Part shown: positions 48,144-55,774 of the stretch, one piece after another
Numbering within the stretch: position 1 is the stretch's first letter
How the letters are laid out: the number at the start of each line of letters is the position of its first letter
IMG/VR virus record: IMGVR_UViG_3300025087_000084
Span: 1 to 55,774 of that record
Reading direction: 5' to 3' (one strand)
DNA length: 55,774 bases
Source of the DNA: a virus
Lineage: Duplodnaviria > Caudoviricetes
Program-made: the position numbers and the translations under genes
Notes under the pieces: generated by a model
What the model was told of the DNA's origin: nothing
Databases searched by the model: none
What the model saw: only the letters and a program-made list of their open reading frames with translations

Positions 48144-51100
48144 ATGCCAAGAAATTTTTTAACTCCTGATAAAACCGAAGTAACTAATAGACTAAGTGGT
48201 ACTATAGATAAAAAAATTAAAGAAAAACCTAATGATTATCAGAAATCTTATGATAAAAGTTTAGATGAATTCAATAAAGCATCTACTCTTGAATACGAGG
48301 GACAAGTATTAGGTAAAACTAAAGAATTGCTTAAGAAGTATGGTATGTACACTCCTCAGCATGTTAAAAATTTCTTGAAGTTAGGTCCTCAGAATACTGT
48401 AGAAGAAAAGAAATTGAATGATAATGAAACCGGTCAGCAAGATTATGATTTTCTGAATAAACATTTTGTAAATGAAAATGAGAGCTTTAATAGTAAAAAG
48501 ATTACACCTGTTACTAATTTATTGACTAATAAAAAAACGTTATATGAGTATAACCGTAAAAATGACTTAAAAAAAAAACAAAGTGTACAATCACCTCACA
48601 TTGTTAAAAATGACTTATTACCTGCTCCAACGGATAATACTCCGAATAGCATAATAACCAATATACCTGCTGAAACACCTAAGAAAGATAATAATCCTAC
48701 AAGCAATAATAGATTAGGTTTACCTGATATATGGGATGCACAGACACCTGAAATAATACCTAAACCAGATTTAATGGAAACTATAGCAAATATTTTTTCT
48801 CCAGGGACACTTAAACCTGGAGGTCTTATTCCAAGTTATGGTATAAAAGATATTCCCAAAGAACTTCCTGCAGAAGTAACCTTGATAAAAAATATAGGCA
48901 AACAAGCAATAGACATAGATGGCACTAAGATAAATTTGGCTATGGATCCTAAACAGGCTAAAAAAGCTTTATTTGAAACGACAGAACAAATACTTGCTAA
49001 TTATAAAATCAAAAAAGGTTCTGATGCTTATAAGTTATTTTATGGTTCAATACAACCTGAAAATATGATAGATGATAATAGTCCTTATTCGTTACCTAAC
49101 GCTTATCAAAAATTCCGTAATATCGTTCCTAACGGTTTTTTAGTTGATATGTGGAATGGAATAAATGATTTAATAGGTAATAAAGATGCAAAAGTACCTG
49201 ATGATTTAGCTGAAATATTAAATGCACACATAGATACTTACAATACCATTGACATGGTTGAAAAGTATTATAAGTACTTTAGTGATTCAACTGAAAAAGG
49301 TAAATTGAATTATGATATACATAATCAAAGTACACAAGGTAAAATAGCTAATTCGGTTTGGAATAATATAAACGGATTTATGAGTACATTTACTGATCCT
49401 ATTAGTAGATTAGTATATGGTAAATTGGGAACTAAGGATATAATAAGAAGCAATAGCTATATAGAAGAAGGACAAACGGAAGAAACCCCTGATTTAGAAG
49501 AAGCTATATTTGCTAAAGTACAAGAAGAAATGGAAAATAGAGGTATTAACGCAAGTCCGGAAGAAATAACAAAAATTAGAAATGAAAGAGATACATGGGA
49601 TCATAGAATTAACAGCATATCTCATATGTTCGGAGCTATATCAAGTGATATGGCTTTTGGTGGATTTAAACTCGGTTCTACGATTGCAGGAAAGACTTTA
49701 CAGTGGGGTAGAGCAAATGGTATGCTTAAGGCACAAAAAATCGGTAGTGAGCTTGTAAAGAACGCTGTATGGGCAGATAAATCACAGAAACCATTACGAA
49801 GATCCTTGGAATTCTTAAAACATTATACTAATCCTAAAAACTTTAAAACTGCAATTAGAGACGTTGATGGAGTTATACATCCTTCATTATATCAAACTAT
49901 GGGTAATCCTATAGATCATCCTATAACATTAGCAGCAGGCGGAGTTGCTTCTTATCTTATGTCACTTGATCCAACTATGAATATGGAAAAAGTAAAAGAT
50001 AAAGCACAAAGCATGTTTATGTTAGGAGCATTTAATAGTGCATTTGGTATGGCATTAGGACAATTTGCAAGAATGGCAGGGCCTGTTATAAGACCTATAG
50101 CCAATAAATTGCTTGATCCTGTTATATCTCAGGCAATAGTTAAAGATATATCTCAAATCGGATATTTGGGAGGTACATTTATAGCTATGCCGAGTGATGT
50201 ATTATTGGAAGATTTTATTAATACAGGCGGTATTAATATAACATGGAACGGTTTAACTCAAAGTGTAATAGAAAATGCTTTATATTCATTCGGACATGGT
50301 TCTAAATTAATATCATCAGGCCGTAAGATATTTGAAGAATACGGATATAGAAAAGCTAATCTATTAGTACCTGTTATAAAAGATTTAAATGTACCGGAAG
50401 ATAAAGAGAATATAACTGCTTTTACACAAAAGGAAATGAGAGAACCTACTATATATGAGTTTTTTAGAAACAGAGTAACAGAGTTAGGCAGAAATCCCGA
50501 TAAAATGATTTTAGCCGATGCAGTTGATATTATAGGAACAGATGAAAAAGCAATAAACAGTTTCTTGCGTAAAACCAATAAACTTGATACTAAAGAAGCT
50601 ATTGATTACATGATTAATACTTTACGATATGTTAAAGAGAAAAAAGGTAATGTACCTATTATAGGGGCTAAATTAGATAAAGATGAACAAGGAAATCAAA
50701 TATTTGCTCAATATGACTTAAAATCCAATGCCGTGTTATTATCTCATAACGAAGATGCTCAATATCAAAACAGGCAATTGAATAATATGGACAATATGTT
50801 ATCTTTTGTTTTACATGAAGGAGAACATGCCTTAGAAGCAAATGAATATGATACAAATAAAGACTTTAGAATTACAGTAAACGATAATTGGAGTAAAATA
50901 AAAGAACTTATAGAGAACGATGTTACTTTGCAAAACGAGATATTAATGAATAAAGATTTATTTTATCCTTTTGCAGAATCCGGTTTAATAGAAATGAATA
51001 ATCGTTCTGTTCAACATAATCAAAAGGAATTCTTAGCTTTATTGAGTGATCCGGGAATGACCGAATTCAGAAATAAACTACAAGACATGAAAATAGAATC

Positions 51101-54100
51101 CGAGGATATTAGCGTATCTCAAAAGTTAATAAATGGAATCAAGAATACATTAGGCATAAGTAAACCCGATAATTTATATTCTCAAACTATAAGTTATCTA
51201 ATGGAACAAAGACTATCAGAAAAACCTGATGAAAATATACTGCCTAATAGTACACCACCGTTAAATATGCCTATAAATATGCTAAAATCTAATAGTTTTA
51301 AAGAATGGTTTGGAGATTGGGAGAATGATCCTAAGAATTCAGGTTTAACTGGAACAAAATTAAAGAAGTTAGGCATTGATACAAGAAAATTTACAAATAG
51401 TAATCCAAGATTACAATATGAAATAGACAATGGTCTCCCAATAACTTTTTATCATGGTACTGGTGTAAATATTCCAATAGAATCTTTTGATACTGAAAGA
51501 AAAAGATATACAGGTGATTACGTAGGAGCATATGGTACAATGAATGCCAAGGTAGCTTCAAGTTATTCAAAGGATAATAGAAGAAATTTAGGTATAACTA
51601 AAAATTTAGTAACAGCTTATGAAAAAACAGAAACTGCTTCTAATGTTTATCCGATTTATCTAAATATAAAAAATCCATTAGTATTAAAAGATCCAAGCAT
51701 GGTAAAGCAGTTTGCAAGTATATTCAGAATATTTTTTAATTTAGGTCTTATGGCTACAGTTACTCCGTTTCTTTTAGGAACAAGAGTAATAGACAGAATC
51801 ACAGGATATAAGACAGATTTAGCTGATCCTCTTAGTAATATTATTACTAAAGTCGTCGGAGAAACGCCATTTTCAAGTATTGCAGAAATCAATGAAAATA
51901 TACGAACAGCTTCTTATTTGACTAAAGAAAAAATGAATGAACTTGTTTCACAAGGATATGACGGTATTATTTGGAACGATGGGAATGAAGTAGTCGTATT
52001 CAATTCATCGCAAATAAAATCAGCATTAGGCAACAAAGGTACATTTGATCCGAGCAATCCTGATATACTCAATACAACGATTAATACGTTAAGAGCAACT
52101 AAGGGATTGCAAGAATTACGTTTAACGGAAAATGATTTTAATTCCATTGCTTCATCTATATCCGGATACAAAGATGCTTTGTATCAACGAGGTTATAATG
52201 TGCTTAAAGATATGTCAGATACTGATATAATAAAGAATATACTAAGACAATATAAAAGAAACAACAGTAATATAGAACCCGACAAATTAAAATTTTATAT
52301 TGATTTAGAGAAAAGAGCTTTATTGTCTAAAGATCCTTTAACATCAAAAAAAACCAATGAACGCTATAATAGCATAATGCAAGATATAGAAAAATCATAT
52401 GATGTTAATAAATTCATGGAATCCGTAGATGAGTACAATTTATACGGCGATGATAAATATGAAGCTAAAGAAATCAATAGGCGATTAGGCAATATAGCAA
52501 AAGGACTTGGTTTTTCTTCTATGACTGAATATAAGCAATATGCAGATAATCATTCATATCGCGATAATGCTAATTATATATATAAGAAACTCAAAGTCAT
52601 AAATGATAATAATCCTTATAATAAGAAATTGTCAAGAGATGATTTGAAACTAAAAGCTGCAAGGACAGCTAATATTTTAGATAATACTTTTAAAATCAAA
52701 AGTTTGCATTTTAATCTATTTTACGATAGCAATAAGTTAACGAGTATTGATGAAATTCAGGGTAACATTGCATTTGACGGTAATACAATAAATCAATATA
52801 CAGGTAAATTCAATAACTTCGATTCCTATGCCAAATCGCATATAGAAACAATTAAAGATATTGACATGAGTGATGACAATATGGCATTAACCACTGATTT
52901 ATTATCCGGTAATTGGAATCAAGTAGTATCTGTTAATCGCAATGGCAAAGCTGAGCATTCATTAACAATAGACGATTTAACAAATGAGAAAATAGTACTT
53001 GAAGCAATGAAATACGGATATTTTGTATTACCTAAAGAATCAGGTGGATTTGCTTTATACAGCGATAAATTGCATGAAGTTATAAAGAACAAAGAAAAGA
53101 CTAAAAAGCTTGCACAGGATATACAATGGACTAATTATTTTAAATGGTTATCAAGTGATTATCAGTATAAACCCGGGACAGATACAAAGAGATTCAAGGA
53201 ATTAAGTAAATTCATTGATCCTATGAAACTATATGAAAAATATGTTGATAAAACAGAAGTTAAAAACATAGATTTATTTAAAAAACAATTAAGTAATGAT
53301 TATAGCAAAGAAAAGGAAATTTTAGCAAACTACGGTAAAGAGATACAAATAGCCGGTGAGAAAATGAATGACTATTTTACTATTCTTGATAATTCCCAGG
53401 GATTAGTAAAATTTAAACCTGTATCATTAACTGGAATAGCATCTGCCGATATGTTGTACGGTTCAATACTTGATATATTGGATTGGGGTGTTAACAGTGC
53501 AGGGAGCAACAGATTACAAAAATACAATGCAGAAAAAGGAGAAGTCGATCATGGTAAAATAGCTATGAAGTATGCTCCTATACTATATGGCCATGGAACG
53601 CTAAAGATGAACACAGTTGAACAATTATCCTTTTTTGAACCGGATGTACTCAATAGCAATAAAAAGCTCAACAGTGACTATTTAAAAGCAAGGAACTATA
53701 TAAACAAAGGAACCGAAGAAGAACCTGTTATTTATCGTAAAATGGGAATAATGAGACATGGTTTATTCGAAAACAATCCGTATTTAAACCAAAGAACAAT
53801 TAAGGATGCAAGCGATAGTTTGGTTATGTCTGTTAATAAGCATAATTCAGATACTATGAAAACATTGATAGGCAGTACTAAAGATGATTCTGTGGTTAAA
53901 TATCATCAGTATTATCATGATAACGGTAATTCTATAAATCAAAAGAGTATGGAATATATGATAGATCATGATAAATTCCATGATGAAACTATTGATAAAA
54001 GATGGTTTGATTTAAAAGATTTATGGGGAACACAAGTGTCTTCTATTATATTTGAATCAGCAATGAAAAACCACGAGCCATATAACTACAAAGAAATAGA

Positions 54101-55774
54101 TATACCTGAATTTAATGCAGTTTTAGTAACAGATCAAGTGAATACTCCATTGTATTCTTATAAAAAGGGAGATGTTGATAAAAAGCATAATGCTGATTTA
54201 ATGAATCTTATTATAGATAAAGAAAGAGAATTATGGTCTTTGGGTACAGTGCCACATTGGAATATACTTGAAGTACCATTTACAGGTAAAAATGCACCTA
54301 CGTTTATATCCGGATCTCATTCAGAAGATAATGTAAATAATGGAGCAGGACAAATAGGTATTAATGGTTTACCTGCATTAACTTTATTCGGCGAATTCTG
54401 GAAAGGCGATAACGGTCAAGAAATATATGATAAATTACAGGAACTTTATAATAACCGGCAAGACACGGGAATGGAATTCATTAATGGCTTATATAACGTA
54501 TATTCTGTATTTAATCCTGCCAATAGATTAAACGACAATATAAGAAAATCTGCAAAGACAGGACTTGATTTACTAGCAAAAGATATAGAATACATGGCTA
54601 ATAAAGACGACAATAATGTAAGACATTTCTTGAATGTCGAACCACAGGAAGCCATTAAAATTATTAAAGAAAGCTATGATGGCGATAAAATAAAAACCGA
54701 TGAAGCAACTTTAGCTAAATTATCCGTTATATTCGATAATATCATAGTAGGCAAGAATCTTGATAATCCTGGAGCCGGTACAAGATTAGCATATAAGATT
54801 AAAGATGAATTTGATAAAACATCTAAAATTAATACTTCGGGAGCTACATTGACTTATGTACCTATGCACGAAGGCAGAAGTGCAATAAATCGTTTAATAA
54901 ATTATGAATTAAGCGAATTTGACAATAATTATCGTGGTGATAATATAGAAGAACAAAGGAATATATTATTAAGAAAACTTGCTAAAACAAAAGACCAATT
55001 AATGGAATATATAGATCCGGAAACCGGATTAGCATTAGATTATTCACCTATATTAATATTATCGAAAGAAGATTATAGAAAACTTAAAGAAAGCACCATA
55101 AAAAACAAGGTACAAAGATTAAATATAGGAAGTAAAGTGTTCGTTCATGTAACTCCGGATGACAGTCCGGATGGTTTCGCTGCTTTTATTATAGCAGGTA
55201 TAACTAATGATGCAGGTACAGCGAGCGTTAATAGTGCAACCGGGGCTAAAGTATGGAGTAAAGATTTTGATAAAGATGCCATTAGTATCAGAATTATGGA
55301 TAAAGATTTTAATGAAAGTATTTTTAATCCTTTATGGGATTATATTAATAATAACGGCCATAGAGAAGGAGCATGGAAGAATAAAACATCTGATTTTGAG
55401 AATATAGAAAAACAGTTTAACAGTGCAGGAAGCGTATTTAATCAAATGTTTGGTCTTGAATCAGAAAACCGATTTAACAAACCTCAGCATCCTGAATATT
55501 GGAAGACGGTTATAAAAGCAGAAGGAGGCAAAAGTAATAATATAGCTACAAGAACTAATATAGCACAAGCACTTGAAAATATGCATCAAGACTTAAAAGC
55601 TGACGTTGACGGTAACTTTATAACCGATATAAATGTTGACTTAGGCAATAAATCTGTTGATATAAGATTAAAGATACCGAATAGATTCATGGTAGATGAC
55701 GAAGGTGCTTATAATCTTCATTCCAACTTTACGAGTTACGTAGTACAAAAAGGTGTTGATATGTATAATCACAG
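48144..55774 (+). CDS. N-terminal half of the giant virion polyvalent protein: zincin, ART-PolyVal-like and two-barrel RNA polymerase core (runs off the end; not in ORF track)
   Basis: AAGGA RBS and ATG 48144; no in-frame stop in the parts I translated, and the ORF track lists no terminated ORF in this frame; motifs HEGEH (50814), FKEWFGDW/YHGT/GYDG/QIKSA (51297-52070), FESAMK (54051), DFDKD (55263). Confidence 0.85.
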   Translation, partial: MPRNFLTPDKTEVTNRLSGTIDKKIKEKPNDYQKSYDKSLDEFNKASTLEYEGQVLGKTKELLKKYGMYTPQHVKNFLKLGPQNTVEEKKLNDNETGQQDYDFLNKHFVNENESFNSKKITPVTNLLTNKKTLYEYNRKNDLKKKQSVQSPHIVKNDLLPAPTDNTPNSIITNIPAETPKKDNNPTSNNRLGLPDIWDAQTPEIIPKPDLMETIANIFSPGTLKPGGLIPSYGIKDIPKELPAEVTLIKNIGKQAIDIDGTKINLAMDPKQAKKALFETTEQILANYKIKKGSDAYKLFYGSIQPENMIDDNSPYSLPNAYQKFRNIVPNGFLVDMWNGINDLIGNKDAKVPDDLAEILNAHIDTYNTIDMVEKYYKYFSDSTEKGKLNYDIHNQSTQGKIANSVWNNINGFMSTFTDPISRLVYGKLGTKDIIRSNSYIEEGQTEETPDLEEAIFAKVQEEMENRGINASPEEITKIRNERDTWDHRINSISHMFGAISSDMAFGGFKLGSTIAGKTLQWGRANGMLKAQKIGSELVKNAVWADKSQKPLRRSLEFLKHYTNPKNFKTAIRDVDGVIHPSLYQTMGNPIDHPITLAAGGVASYLMSLDPTMNMEKVKDKAQSMFMLGAFNSAFGMALGQFARMAGPVIRPIANKLLDPVISQAIVKDISQIGYLGGTFIAMPSDVLLEDFINTGGINITWNGLTQSVIENALYSFGHGSKLISSGRKIFEEYGYRKANLLVPVIKDLNVPEDKENITAFTQKEMREPTIYEFFRNRVTELGRNPDKMILADAVDIIGTDEKAINSFLRKTNKLDTKEAIDYMINTLRYVKEKKGNVPIIGAKLDKDEQGNQIFAQYDLKSNAVLLSHNEDAQYQNRQLNNMDNMLSFVLHEGEHALEANEYDTNKDFRITVNDNWSKIKELIENDVTLQNEILMNKDLFYPFAESGLIEMNNRSVQHNQKEFLALLSDPGMTEFRNKLQDMKIESEDISVSQKLINGIKNTLGISKPDNLYSQTISYLMEQRLSEKPDENILPNSTPPLNMPINMLKSNSFKEWFGDWENDPKNSGLTGTKLKKLGIDTRKFTNSNPRLQYEIDNGLPITFYHGTGVNIPIESFDTERKRYTGDYVGAYGTMNAKVASSYSKDNRRNLGITKNLVTAYEKTETASNVYPIYLNIKNPLVLKDPSMVKQFASIFRIFFNLGLMATVTPFLLGTRVIDRITGYKTDLADPLSNIITKVVGETPFSSIAEINENIRTASYLTKEKMNELVSQGYDGIIWNDGNEVVVFNSSQIKSALGNKGTFDPSNPDILNTTINTLRATKGLQELRLTENDFNSIASSISGYKDALYQRGYNVLKDMSDTDIIKNILRQYKRNNSNIEPDKLKFYIDLEKRALLSKDPLTSKKTNERYNSIMQDIEKSYDVNKFMESVDEYNLYGDDKYEAKEINRRLGNIAKGLGFSSMTEYKQYADNHSYRDNANYIYKKLKVINDNNPYNKKLSRDDLKLKAARTANILDNTFKIKSLHFNLFYDSNKLTSIDEIQGNIAFDGNTINQYTGKFNNFDSYAKSHIETIKDIDMSDDNMALTTDLLSGNWNQVVSVNRNGKAEHSLTIDDLTNEKIVLEAMKYGYFVLPKESGGFALYSDKLHEVIKNKEKTKKLAQDIQWTNYFKWLSSDYQYKPGTDTKRFKELSKFIDPMKLYEKYVDKTEVKNIDLFKKQLSNDYSKEKEILANYGKEIQIAGEKMNDYFTILDNSQGLVKFKPVSLTGIASADMLYGSILDILDWGVNSAGSNRLQKYNAEKGEVDHGKIAMKYAPILYGHGTLKMNTVEQLSFFEPDVLNSNKKLNSDYLKARNYINKGTEEEPVIYRKMGIMRHGLFENNPYLNQRTIKDASDSLVMSVNKHNSDTMKTLIGSTKDDSVVKYHQYYHDNGNSINQKSMEYMIDHDKFHDETIDKRWFDLKDLWGTQVSSIIFESAMKNHEPYNYKEIDIPEFNAVLVTDQVNTPLYSYKKGDVDKKHNADLMNLIIDKERELWSLGTVPHWNILEVPFTGKNAPTFISGSHSEDNVNNGAGQIGINGLPALTLFGEFWKGDNGQEIYDKLQELYNNRQDTGMEFINGLYNVYSVFNPANRLNDNIRKSAKTGLDLLAKDIEYMANKDDNNVRHFLNVEPQEAIKIIKESYDGDKIKTDEATLAKLSVIFDNIIVGKNLDNPGAGTRLAYKIKDEFDKTSKINTSGATLTYVPMHEGRSAINRLINYELSEFDNNYRGDNIEEQRNILLRKLAKTKDQLMEYIDPETGLALDYSPILILSKEDYRKLKESTIKNKVQRLNIGSKVFVHVTPDDSPDGFAAFIIAGITNDAGTASVNSATGAKVWSKDFDKDAISIRIMDKDFNESIFNPLWDYINNNGHREGAWKNKTSDFENIEKQFNSAGSVFNQMFGLESENRFNKPQHPEYWKTVIKAEGGKSNNIATRTNIAQALENMHQDLKADVDGNFITDINVDLGNKSVDIRLKIPNRFMVDDEGAYNLHSNFTSYVVQKGVDMYNH
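55649..55774. repeat. Terminal direct repeat, right copy
   Basis: Identical to 4-129. Confidence 0.95.

Noticed and set aside
55207-55407. 66-aa + strand ORF
   Set aside because: Out-of-frame overlap with the DFDKD region of the giant ORF
1-55774. Stop-codon reassignment as in some crAss-like phages
   Set aside because: Genes are long and densely packed under the standard code, and all three stops terminate genes

Overview
This window is an apparently complete, circularly assembled dsDNA tailed-phage genome (podovirus-like gene set, very AT-rich). Bases 4-129 are repeated exactly at 55649-55774, giving a unit length of about 55,645 bp. The layout is: a control region (11.0-12.9 kb), small early genes (12.9-19 kb), a recombination/replication block (Cas4-like nuclease, RuvC-like, DUF932-like, Rad52/Sak-like, SSB-like, DnaB-like; no DNA polymerase, primase, integrase or repressor recognised), then portal, scaffold, capsid, tail and ejection genes. 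The ORF track misses the most important gene. A reading frame opens at 48144, runs off the right end, and continues in frame through the terminal overlap into ORF 44..7186, giving one protein of about 4,895 aa. By motif reading it carries a zincin protease (HEGEH), an H-Y-E ADP-ribosyltransferase (ART-PolyVal-like), a two-barrel RNA polymerase core with a non-canonical DFDKD catalytic loop, a NADAR-like domain, a SLOG-like domain and membrane segments. The control region holds three identical 14-bp motifs upstream of early genes (candidate virion-RNAP promoters), a near-perfect bacterial parS palindrome, and a D-arm-less tRNA-like element. TTG-N19/20-TAnnTTTG promoters together with Shine-Dalgarno use suggest an FCB-group host. 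All family calls come from manual motif recognition; no database searches were run.
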